Below, one piece after another: positions 18,096 through 25,924 of a stretch of 38,790 nucleotides of DNA. The first letter of the stretch is position 1, and each line of letters opens with the position of its first letter. The translations under genes and the position numbers were made by a program. The stretch comes from a virus. The stretch lies in IMG/VR virus record IMGVR_UViG_3300009964_000017; one strand, written 5' to 3'. The notes beneath the pieces are model-generated. The model saw nothing but the letters and a program-made list of their open reading frames with translations. It did no database searches and had not been told where the DNA came from.

Positions 18096-20600
18096 ATGGT
18101 AAACATTGAGATTACTGGGGCTAACCGCCTAGCGGCTGTCACTGAGGAAGGGGCACTGTTTGGGAAGCCTCTAGAATCAGCCAAGGCTGCTGCACGTGAA
18201 ATCGTGGATGCACGTGTGCAAACTGTCGAGAATGCCCTGCCTGGGCGGGTTGAAGCAGTAGTCACAGAGAAACTGCCGGCAGCTGTGCAGGCTGCAACGG
18301 GTAGCGAGATTACCCGCCAGATTGACGAGCGTGTCACACCTACCATTGAGTCTAAGGTATCGTCCGTTATTACAGACAAAACGGCAGGTATCAAAACCGA
18401 GATACTATCCTCTGTTACTACAGAAATAGATAGTAAGGTGGAGGCTGGGAAAACTGCTGCGGTCACTGAGGCAAAGTCCGCTATCCCTGCCGTTGTGGAC
18501 TCTGCGGTTCATGAGGCTATCTCCAAAATAGATATTGGGGAAAAAGACTTCGGGTTCACTGGCCGCGACATTGCGGCTACCTCTTATTGGCACCCCGATT
18601 TTTGGAACGAGAACACGCAGAAAGGCTCAGAATGGCGTAAGCTCCTCAACACTGGGTCTTCCCTCGGCATCGTTGTTTTGGATAAGGCATCTGGTGAATG
18701 GGGAGATGCTGTAGACGAAAACTTCCTGAAACAAGGTATGCTCGCTGAGGCTGCGGGCGCGAAATGGTGTGCATTCTATCTGTCGTCACGTTTCGGTGCT
18801 ATGGCAGAGGAGGCGGACGCTGCGTATCGTGAAGAGGTTCGCAAAAATCTGAACGTGACAATGGATAAGGTCGAGCGTGCAACATTCGATAGGATCGTGC
18901 AGCAGGCTAAGAACATTATCTCGTGGTATAAGGGGCCTGATAAGATTCGGAAAGTCGCCATCTTTGTGGACGAGGCTGTGCATGGCTGGTCTGAGGGGCA
19001 GAAAAAGGTTGTCCCTTGGTATAAGCGCCTGTATTTGCGTCTCAAACGGGAGCTTGGCGAGGATGTTCTGATTATCATCAACCCTGGCGCGAACACTGTA
19101 CCGGAGATGATGGAAGCCTGCGACGTTGCTATCACCTATGAGTCGTCCGCGTCGAAATATATTGACCCGGAAACGAAGTTCATTCACCCAGACCACTATA
19201 AGACCATGCCCGCGTGGAGGTTCTGGCATGTTATTCATGGTGTCACTAAAGACAATATTGATGCCGTGTTTGCGACTGCTGAGAAGTTCAATATTGGGCA
19301 CCTGTACGCGACAGATCAGAAGTTCTCTGTCGGTACAGGTAGCGAGGATGAACCAGAAGAAAACCCCTACGACTATGCACCCTCTGATTGGGTTATCCAG
19401 GACACGAAATCGTGGGTGAAAGGTGTTCTACCGTTTGAGCAGCGCGTATCCGCGCTAGAGACTGTCCGTACTGTACCAGCTGGTGGAACATACAACCTCT
19501 CAGAGGGGCAGAGTATCGGAGGTTTCTTTCTGGCTGGTGCGGTTACCCACCCGACTGGTGTGCAGTGGCAGACCCCGAATAGTGTGGCACCGTCTACTGG
19601 GTTAGTTATCCTGATCCGCGCGAATGACACTATATATGGGTATGCGCCTGGCATGACCTCTGCACCTGTGCCGCAGCCAGCACCACCAGCCCCTGAGGCG
19701 GCAGCGTTGGCAGCACCGGCTAATATTCGGGTAGCACAGGTAGAAGGTGGGTTCACCGTATCGTGGGATACTGTGGCCGGGGCAACCAGTTACGAAATCT
19801 CCGTGGACGGTGCTACACCTGTCGAGGCGACGGCACCTCACAAGGTTGTTGCCGCAGCAGGGAAAACAGGGGTGCTGCAGCTCCGAGCTAAAAAAGGTAG
19901 CACCGTATCCGAGTGGGTACAGCAGCGCTACATGGTTGCTGAGGTGCCAGCCTCAGGTAAACCAGTTAAATGGGTCTTCACCTGGGCGCACGCTGGCTGG
20001 GCTGAGGGTGGGAAGGTTCTAAAGAATTTCTTCTACACACCGAAGCTCGATAGCACCCAGACTGGGCAGGCTACCGCCTATGAGCGCGCTGTATCTAGTG
20101 TAGATGGTACTGCGCTTGCTGAACCTAATAACGTCAGGATCGGTACCCAGTATTTGGCAACAAATACTGGTTTCATGTCTAAAGATGGTGACCGACTCAC
20201 GCTAACATATACGGGTGAGATGCCGCGTATCGAGGACGCACCCGCAGCTAACAGTGCCTGGCAGTACACGTTGGAGGTCGAAAAGCATGCGCTCTTGACG
20301 AAACCTGCGGCAGCGGGTGAAGGCCGTGTCTACGCGCTGGCAGCTGGTTTCGCGTATGATGAGCGTTGGGTGAACCAGCCGAATCTGGGGCAGACCCAGC
20401 AGCCAGTCAAGGCCGATGATAAGGGCATCGAGATTCGCCGTGAAGACGGTATCGTTATCATGTCTGTTATCCGCGCTAATGGGGATAAAGACCGTATCCA
20501 TTGGTTTGCTGCGAATGGCACTATTAAGACGTCAACCAGGCTAAATGTGCATGGTTGGCGTTGGGGTACGCTCACCGGTACCGAGTTCAAGGCGGCCTAA
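18096..20600 (+). CDS. Tail fibre / receptor-binding protein with a central spherulin-4 (GH135-like) glycosidase-type domain and an FN3 domain
   Basis: The track ORF is trimmed to the ATG at 18096, which follows the RBS aaggaaag.
- The N-terminus is a repetitive helical shaft.
- About 18560-19330 reads YWHPDFW...GIVVLDKASGEWG...VAIFVDEA...LIIINPGANT...ITYESSASKY, which is spherulin-4-like.
- About 19715-19950 reads PANIRV...FTVSWDTVAGATSYEISVDG, which is FN3-like. Confidence 0.6.
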   Translation: MVNIEITGANRLAAVTEEGALFGKPLESAKAAAREIVDARVQTVENALPGRVEAVVTEKLPAAVQAATGSEITRQIDERVTPTIESKVSSVITDKTAGIKTEILSSVTTEIDSKVEAGKTAAVTEAKSAIPAVVDSAVHEAISKIDIGEKDFGFTGRDIAATSYWHPDFWNENTQKGSEWRKLLNTGSSLGIVVLDKASGEWGDAVDENFLKQGMLAEAAGAKWCAFYLSSRFGAMAEEADAAYREEVRKNLNVTMDKVERATFDRIVQQAKNIISWYKGPDKIRKVAIFVDEAVHGWSEGQKKVVPWYKRLYLRLKRELGEDVLIIINPGANTVPEMMEACDVAITYESSASKYIDPETKFIHPDHYKTMPAWRFWHVIHGVTKDNIDAVFATAEKFNIGHLYATDQKFSVGTGSEDEPEENPYDYAPSDWVIQDTKSWVKGVLPFEQRVSALETVRTVPAGGTYNLSEGQSIGGFFLAGAVTHPTGVQWQTPNSVAPSTGLVILIRANDTIYGYAPGMTSAPVPQPAPPAPEAAALAAPANIRVAQVEGGFTVSWDTVAGATSYEISVDGATPVEATAPHKVVAAAGKTGVLQLRAKKGSTVSEWVQQRYMVAEVPASGKPVKWVFTWAHAGWAEGGKVLKNFFYTPKLDSTQTGQATAYERAVSSVDGTALAEPNNVRIGTQYLATNTGFMSKDGDRLTLTYTGEMPRIEDAPAANSAWQYTLEVEKHALLTKPAAAGEGRVYALAAGFAYDERWVNQPNLGQTQQPVKADDKGIEIRREDGIVIMSVIRANGDKDRIHWFAANGTIKTSTRLNVHGWRWGTLTGTEFKAA

Positions 20601-21392
20601 ATGAGTATGCTATTAGGTTTACTTGCCGCAGGTGCTACCGTGCAGGCTACCGCGCCTATACCAGCGGTGCCTGCGGCTAAGCCGCCCTTCAAATTGGGGC
20701 GTGACACGAACCTTGTTATCCACGCTAACAGCTACTACGCACAGTGGACGTACCCGGGTATCCAGGATGTTGGCGAGTTGGGGGCATTGATTCGTGAGTC
20801 TGGTGTAACCGCCTCAAACTTTGCTATCCCGGGCACAACATGGGCTGTCATGACGCTATCTAACCAGAACGTCATTTCTGCTTTCGACCCTGCCAAAACT
20901 AATATTTTGGTTTGCGGTGAGACGCGGAATCAGACGTTTGAGCTAGGCTCTGTTATAGCTGATCCGCAGGTTCTCGTGCAGCGCACCCGCGCCTATATAA
21001 ACCGTATTCAGGCTGAAACCAAAGCTAAATACGGTAAAGGCTGGGACTATGTTGTGTTATGCGGGACAATAGCCACCCAGGATGTTCACAACTACCCGTC
21101 TGAACAGGTGCTTGCTGGGAATAATGCAATGGCAGCGTATGACGAGTTCATGCGCGATAGAGCTAATTTAGCGTCTGTTGGTGCAGACTATTTTGTGGAC
21201 TACCGTACCTTGGATGCGGCAACGTTTGACGGTGACGGCGTGAACCGGTTGGCTGGTTTCATGGCTTCCCCAGGGGTAACAGTTATGGAAAGGACAGCAG
21301 GCACGTTTGTGCACCCAATCGGTGCTGCTCGTGAGGCGTTCGCGGCTTGTATAGCACGGACGTTGAGGAAGGTAGCCGATGCCGCATCTTGA
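20601..21392 (+). CDS. SGNH/GDSL-type hydrolase (esterase or deacetylase), tail-associated
   Basis: SGNH-like blocks are present in order: VIHANSY (Ser), IPGTTW (Gly), VCGETRN (Asn) and FVHP (His). The ATG directly abuts the fibre stop (taaatg). Confidence 0.55.
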   Translation: MSMLLGLLAAGATVQATAPIPAVPAAKPPFKLGRDTNLVIHANSYYAQWTYPGIQDVGELGALIRESGVTASNFAIPGTTWAVMTLSNQNVISAFDPAKTNILVCGETRNQTFELGSVIADPQVLVQRTRAYINRIQAETKAKYGKGWDYVVLCGTIATQDVHNYPSEQVLAGNNAMAAYDEFMRDRANLASVGADYFVDYRTLDAATFDGDGVNRLAGFMASPGVTVMERTAGTFVHPIGAAREAFAACIARTLRKVADAAS

Positions 21393-21834
21393 TTTTTATT
21401 CTGACGCGTTCTTCGGGTTCGCAGGCATCCTGGTTGGCGCTATTTTTGCGTGGTTTGGGAAGCGGAAAGAGCTTTCAGCTGGTGAGAATAAGGCGCGCTT
21501 GGATGCTACGGCGGCGCATGTTGATCGTCTTGACAGGGAAAATGAGAAGCTGCGGTCTAGGCTTGAGAAGATAGAGGAAGAGACTCGGCAGAGTCAGGCG
21601 GAGGCCTACGCGATGCAGGATAAGGCGCGTATGGCGTTGTCTATGGCGGTGTCGCATCTGGTTATGCTGACTGGGCATATTAATAATAGGATGCCGCCGC
21701 CTGCGCCTCCTATCCCGGACGAGTTGGAGTCGTATATTCATTCTCTGCTGTTGTGGTCTCAGAATTTTCCGACGGTTCAGCCGAAACAGCATGCGCAGCC
21801 GCGTGACCCGCCTAGTGACGGGGTAAGAGAGTAG
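21379..21834 (+). CDS. Membrane-anchored coiled-coil protein of unknown role (lysis accessory or tail-module protein)
   Basis: The RBS is aggaagg. An N-terminal TM segment (FFGFAGILVGAIFAWFG) is followed by a coiled coil (DRLDRENEKLRSRLEKIEEETRQSQAEA) and a Pro-rich C-terminus. Confidence 0.5.
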   Translation: MPHLDFYSDAFFGFAGILVGAIFAWFGKRKELSAGENKARLDATAAHVDRLDRENEKLRSRLEKIEEETRQSQAEAYAMQDKARMALSMAVSHLVMLTGHINNRMPPPAPPIPDELESYIHSLLLWSQNFPTVQPKQHAQPRDPPSDGVRE

Positions 21835-21848
21835 AATAGATGTTGTGG

Positions 21849-21877
21849 GCAGCCCCATATATTTTTTGTGGGGCTGT
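21849..21877 (+). terminator. Hairpin between the tail module and the lysis cassette
   Basis: cagcccca (21850-21857) pairs with tggggctg (21869-21876). The loop is T-rich, and the sequence ccttattt follows the stem. Confidence 0.3.
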
Positions 21878-21905
21878 CCTTATTTAGAGAAAGGAGGGGC
21901 TGTTT

Positions 21906-22775
21906 ATGGGTTATCAACTCGTGACTGACCGCGACGCAAAGAATTTCACTCTCGGCTCGCAGGTGCCAGCAGTCTTTGGCTACCAGCGTGTGATTACAAA
22001 CATTACGCTCCACTGGTGGGGTAAGCCGGAGTGGAAGCAAACCTGGGAGCAAGTCATGAATTTTTTCTGCGACTCGCCCAGTGTTACTACTAGCGCTCAT
22101 GAGGTCATCTCTGACGGTATTGTCGGTTTGATTGTGGATCATTCCGCCGCCGCTTGGGCTAACGGCAACTCACAGGGGAATGCTCAGAGTATCACGCTTG
22201 AATGCAACCCACGCATGAGCGTGGGAGATATGGGGACGGTAGCAGCCAGAATCGCCGATATATGGCGAGAGCAGGGGCGTATATTGCCTTTGACTGAGCA
22301 TCGAGATTGGTTCGCTACCGAATGCCCAGGCACCTATTCTAAGGCCGAGATGACTAGGCAGGCGATGCTCGCATATAAGGGTGTCGCAGCAGAAATCCAA
22401 ACAGCAATCAATGAAGGGGGTCTATCGGTGGCAGACATCGAGACCATTAACAAGAAGCTGGATTCCATCGCAGAGGGTATCCAGTACATTATTTCGTATT
22501 CGCAGCCTGGACGTGAAGGCATCAACGTTGACTCCACAACCGCGAATTGGATGCGTAATAGTGCCCGTGCCGCCGAGTCCTGGGCATACGGTATCGACGG
22601 TGTTTCGCATCAGGGACAGCTCAACCGTGAATTCCAGGATTTGCGCGCTAAGGTCAATGAGCTTGTGTCGCGCCCGGTCGCACAGTCTACGCAGGTTAGC
22701 ATCCAGGCGGACGATCTGCGGGCTGTAATTCGTGAAGAGCTATCTAATATCCGTTTGAAGGGAGAGGCTGCGTAA
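21906..22775 (+). CDS. Endolysin, N-acetylmuramoyl-L-alanine amidase (Amidase_2/PGRP type) with an unassigned C-terminal domain
   Basis: The RBS is strong (aaaggagg). Motifs ITLHWWG, SAHEVISD, AWANGNSQGNAQSITLE and EHRDWFATECPG are typical of Amidase_2. Confidence 0.85.
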   Translation: MGYQLVTDRDAKNFTLGSQVPAVFGYQRVITNITLHWWGKPEWKQTWEQVMNFFCDSPSVTTSAHEVISDGIVGLIVDHSAAAWANGNSQGNAQSITLECNPRMSVGDMGTVAARIADIWREQGRILPLTEHRDWFATECPGTYSKAEMTRQAMLAYKGVAAEIQTAINEGGLSVADIETINKKLDSIAEGIQYIISYSQPGREGINVDSTTANWMRNSARAAESWAYGIDGVSHQGQLNREFQDLRAKVNELVSRPVAQSTQVSIQADDLRAVIREELSNIRLKGEAA

Positions 22776-22776
22776 A

Positions 22777-23346
22777 ATGGCAGATAACACTACTAATGAG
22801 ACCCGATTCGTGGGTAATGTAACTAAGTCCACTACCGGCGCTACTTTGTTTGCTGGTTCGATCCTAACCATCGTAAATTATGGTCTCGCCCAGGCAGGTA
22901 TCACTATTCCTGCTGAGGTGCAGACAGCCGCTGTTACCGTGATTCTTGGTCTGGTTGTGCTGATTACTGGCCGGAATACTCGCGGCGAGAAGGCGCATCT
23001 TGAGGGTGCTATCCAGGGTGAGACCGCATCGGCGCTGGCAAATCTCGATTTGTACGAGGTTTTGGAGGCTATCGCTGATGGTGTGGCTGCTGATGCACGG
23101 AACGCGGCACCGCATGAGGCTGATGGTCGCGCTGCTTTTGAGGAGTACCGTAATACTGGTACAGTGCAGCCCGTGCAGCCTGCACAGCCTGATACTGTTG
23201 CTTATGATATGACCGGTGGCCGCGTATACCGTTTTGGGGAGCCTGGCGCTCCTGAGGGTGGCTCTGAGGGGCAGATTTATGATCCGCGTGTTGGTTGGGT
23301 TGATGATGTGCCCGACCAGTTCGGTAACGAGTCCGTACCGCACTAA
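22777..23346 (+). CDS. Holin-like membrane protein
   Basis: The gene lies directly after the endolysin gene. It has two predicted TM segments (ATLFAGSILTIVNYGLAQAGI and AAVTVILGLVVLITG) and a long acidic tail. Confidence 0.6.
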   Translation: MADNTTNETRFVGNVTKSTTGATLFAGSILTIVNYGLAQAGITIPAEVQTAAVTVILGLVVLITGRNTRGEKAHLEGAIQGETASALANLDLYEVLEAIADGVAADARNAAPHEADGRAAFEEYRNTGTVQPVQPAQPDTVAYDMTGGRVYRFGEPGAPEGGSEGQIYDPRVGWVDDVPDQFGNESVPH

Positions 23347-23380
23347 ACTTTGCAGCTATAAATGTTGAATAGTTGAACTA

Positions 23381-23426
23381 GATGCCCCGCAGCTCTAAAA
23401 ATTTGAGCTGCGGGGCATCTTTTTTG
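23381..23426 (+). terminator. Rho-independent terminator closing the late operon
   Basis: A perfect 15-bp stem joins gatgccccgcagctc (23381-23395) and gagctgcggggcatc (23405-23419), with a 9-nt loop followed by TTTTTT. Confidence 0.8.
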
Positions 23427-23461
23427 CTTCCAAAAAATCCTTCTATAGGTTATTTGACAAG

Positions 23462-23686
23462 TTACGAGTGTTTCTGTCGGTACGCTTCTGATTTCCGATC
23501 CCCGCCAGGTTGTGGACGAGAAACATACCAAGCAGTCAACTGGTTAGCAGTCCATGCATGCTTGTTATCAACTATAATGGCAGGCTTAGGTAGTGGATGC
23601 TTCTTGTTGATGCGGGGAAGGGTATAGGCGGCGATACATAAATATTTCTCAGCCCCTCGCATGGTAAAAAATGGCCCTAAAGTCAT
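23462..23686 (-). CDS. Hypothetical basic 74-aa protein, distal gene of the AT-rich moron operon
   Basis: The ATG is preceded by AAGAGGAGG, which lies inside the end of the upstream gene. The intergenic gap is 6 nt, and the region is visibly AT-richer than its flanks. Confidence 0.5.
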   Translation of the reverse strand: MTLGPFFTMRGAEKYLCIAAYTLPRINKKHPLPKPAIIVDNKHAWTANQLTAWYVSRPQPGGDRKSEAYRQKHS

Positions 23687-23692
23687 TTGCTG

Positions 23693-23971
23693 CTACACCT
23701 CCTCTTTACTTAGAGATGTAAAGACAGCTCGCACACCTTGAATATGTGGCTGCTGCTCAATTCTATTGTCTCCTTGGGTCGCAGCATAATGTTTGAGACA
23801 GTCATAAACAGATCGTCCCACTGCCACAGTCTTTCCATTATTATCACGTGCAGCCCATTGCCGTGTCCGCTGAAAAAAGCTGCCTTTGCCTTTCATTGTG
23901 GCAACTTGCTCACCGTCTTTGTGAATTTCTACCTCAGAGTAGCTCCGCGAGTGTAACGTGTATTTTGTCAT
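23693..23971 (-). CDS. Hypothetical 92-aa protein, proximal gene of the AT-rich moron operon
   Basis: The track ORF 23693..24019 begins at a TTG. I prefer the first ATG (MTKYTLHS...) at 23971, though its RBS is weak. It is coupled to the downstream 74-aa ORF. Confidence 0.5.
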   Translation of the reverse strand: MTKYTLHSRSYSEVEIHKDGEQVATMKGKGSFFQRTRQWAARDNNGKTVAVGRSVYDCLKHYAATQGDNRIEQQPHIQGVRAVFTSLSKEEV

Positions 23972-24134
23972 TCTTATTGCCTTATCTTTTTCTGTCAGTG
24001 CCGTATTACCCTGACACAATCAAGTGTAAGCTATTTATACAGTTGAAAGCAAGTTTATATAGAGTTAAACAGCCTGCAAAATTTTTGAAAGTGGTGAGTT
24101 TATCGTGAATCCGTCCACCAGATAGTAATAAAAA

Positions 24135-24150
24135 CCTTGTAATTACAAGG
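24135..24150. promoter_or_regulatory. Perfect 16-bp palindrome CCTTGTAATTACAAGG; a minus-strand terminator after int (a T-run follows on that strand) or an attP core candidate
   Basis: The palindrome is read directly. On the - strand it is followed by TTTTTATT, and it lies 170 nt downstream of the int stop. Confidence 0.3.
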
Positions 24151-24319
24151 AAGTTGCACCGAAATCTAAAATCATATCTAAATTTCGTCACCTTCACCTA
24201 TCATCCCTAAAACTCAAGTCATACAATCCCGCGCACCGTGTATTCACAAGACCACAAGAGACTGAAACATATTTTAGAGTTCCTTAAAGTTCTTTATAAT
24301 CCTGTGCAAAATAGTGAGT

Positions 24320-25399
24320 TTATAGTGACTCACCATAAAGCGCCTTCTGCAGCACTGCCGAATTATCGGCGATGCCGCGCCGCTCAATATACGACCTGCG
24401 AGTCATAGAATCCTTCTCATGCCCCAATTGCACGGACGCAGCATTAGAGCCAGCAGCACGATCAATCAGTGTTGCCACCGTCCGCCGGAACGTGTGGAAC
24501 GTAACCCACTCCCAACTACTGCCCCGCAAAACGTTCCTGAGCACAGTCCCCGCGTTCGCGCCAGTCAATAGTCCACCACGCGAACCCACAAAAACAAATT
24601 CAGAGACACGCGGAACAGAAGAAAGCGCATCTATAATCCCAGCAGGCAGAATGACCGCACGAGCATGCCCAGTCTTCGTGTGCGCCTGCCAGCTCTTCGT
24701 GCGATCCACGACAGTTCCTCTAATTGTGCACTGCCGCGTCTCAAAATCAATATCTTGCCAGCGAATACCTAGCGCCTCACCAACCCGCGCACCTGTTGCC
24801 AGTAAGAAATCGACGAGTAAGGGAAGCCAAGCGCGGCCTTCACAACTATTCGCCAGATACTGCCGTAGCTCTATAATCTGTTCCACGGTCAGCGCTTTAG
24901 GTATTTTTCGTGCAGCAGGTGTTGCAGGGACTAGAGACATCGGGTTTGTGGTGATCGTGCCGTTGATAACTTCTCTATCTAGAGCCATTTTGAGGACGCG
25001 GCGGCATGTGCTTACTGTGGTTGGTTTAGCGTCTAGCTCTGTGATGTATCGGTAGAGCATCGGTGTTGATAGCTCGTGCACCTGCAGGTTGCCTATGTCT
25101 TTGCTGACGCGTTCTACTGCTGCCGTGTATGTTGGTTTGGTTTGCGGCGCGACCTTGTGTTGTCCTAGCCAGGATTCTAGAGCTTCTCGTAGCGTGGTTA
25201 TGGTAGCGCCGTGGGTGGTGAGGTTTTCGAGTTTTGCGGTTAGTCGTCGTTGAGCTGCCGCTTTGGTGGTTGCGCGCGCGGTTACGTCACGGCGCTTGCC
25301 GTATTGGTCTCTATAGTATGTTCTTGCGACCCATTGCCCTGTTTCTGTTTTGCGGGCGCTAATTTTTCCGTGCTGTCCTGGCGGTGTTCTGGGGCGCAT
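24320..25399 (-). CDS. int: Tyrosine integrase (site-specific recombinase)
   Basis: The 359-aa protein has an N-terminal SAM-like domain. Its catalytic signature comprises ATGARVGEALGIRWQDI (Arg), HTFRRTVATL (H-x-x-R) and LGHEKDSMTRRSYIER (His...Tyr). Confidence 0.9.
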   Translation of the reverse strand: MRPRTPPGQHGKISARKTETGQWVARTYYRDQYGKRRDVTARATTKAAAQRRLTAKLENLTTHGATITTLREALESWLGQHKVAPQTKPTYTAAVERVSKDIGNLQVHELSTPMLYRYITELDAKPTTVSTCRRVLKMALDREVINGTITTNPMSLVPATPAARKIPKALTVEQIIELRQYLANSCEGRAWLPLLVDFLLATGARVGEALGIRWQDIDFETRQCTIRGTVVDRTKSWQAHTKTGHARAVILPAGIIDALSSVPRVSEFVFVGSRGGLLTGANAGTVLRNVLRGSSWEWVTFHTFRRTVATLIDRAAGSNAASVQLGHEKDSMTRRSYIERRGIADNSAVLQKALYGESL

Positions 25400-25451
25400 A
25401 TTTTTATCTGCCTATATATAGGAGTGAATGATAGGTACCCGTTTCGGGGTT

Positions 25452-25775
25452 TTAGAGGATCATGTCTAGGAGTTGCCGACTATCTCTTTCTAGCCTCCTC
25501 TCGGCGGTGGCAATAACGTCTGCTACGTCTACGTCGAGGGCTTCACAGATAGCCTCTAGTTCGTTGATGGTGAGGGGGCTTTCTGATTTGTTGATGGTGA
25601 CTGATAGGCGGCTTTTGCTGATGCCTGTCATGTCTTGAAGTTGGCGTAGTGAGTTGCTGCGGCGTCCGTTGAGTTCTTTTAGTTCTTCGTGGACTAGTTG
25701 ACTGAATGGGGAGGCTTTTCCGGTACCTTTTCGGTTTCCTCCATGACTGCCTATTTTCTTCAAGTTGTGGTTCAT
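25452..25775 (-). CDS. CI-like repressor (XRE-family HTH)
   Basis: The HTH region is SLRQLQDMTGISKSRLSVTINKSESPLTINELEAICEALDV. The gene is divergent from a Cro-like gene across a 149-bp gap. Confidence 0.8.
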   Translation of the reverse strand: MNHNLKKIGSHGGNRKGTGKASPFSQLVHEELKELNGRRSNSLRQLQDMTGISKSRLSVTINKSESPLTINELEAICEALDVDVADVIATAERRLERDSRQLLDMIL

Positions 25776-25924
25776 GCTTACAACCCTAGCACATGCTAAA
25801 TCTATTTTAAAGAGGGCATAAGGAATTATAAGAAACTATAAGTGAGTTATTTCACTGGTTTTCGGCTTGATCTGTCCCTATCTGAGGACGTAAAGTTGTA
25901 TACATCAGGAAACGAAAGGCACTG
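25776..25924. promoter_or_regulatory. Immunity switch region with divergent promoters and operator-like repeats
   Basis: A rightward candidate promoter reads TTGATC (25867-72), an 18-nt spacer, then TAAAGT (25891-96). A leftward perfect TATAAT lies on the - strand at 25825-25830. Three (C/T)ATAAG repeats occur at exact 10-bp spacing (25817, 25827, 25837), and an inverted repeat AGTGA-N6-TCACT spans 25841-25856. Confidence 0.6.

Noticed and set aside
23382-23627. An 81-aa + strand ORF downstream of the holin gene.
   Set aside because: It starts inside the late-operon terminator hairpin, has no RBS, and overlaps the better-supported coupled - strand ORF pair.
24094-24120. The sequence ggtgagtttatcgtgaatccgtccacca ends in CCA and superficially recalls a tRNA 3' end, which would be an attP core in a tRNA gene.
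   Set aside because: I could form no complementary T-stem, no TTCGAAT-type T-loop and no acceptor pairing. No tRNA-like cloverleaf could be drawn anywhere in 23972-24320.
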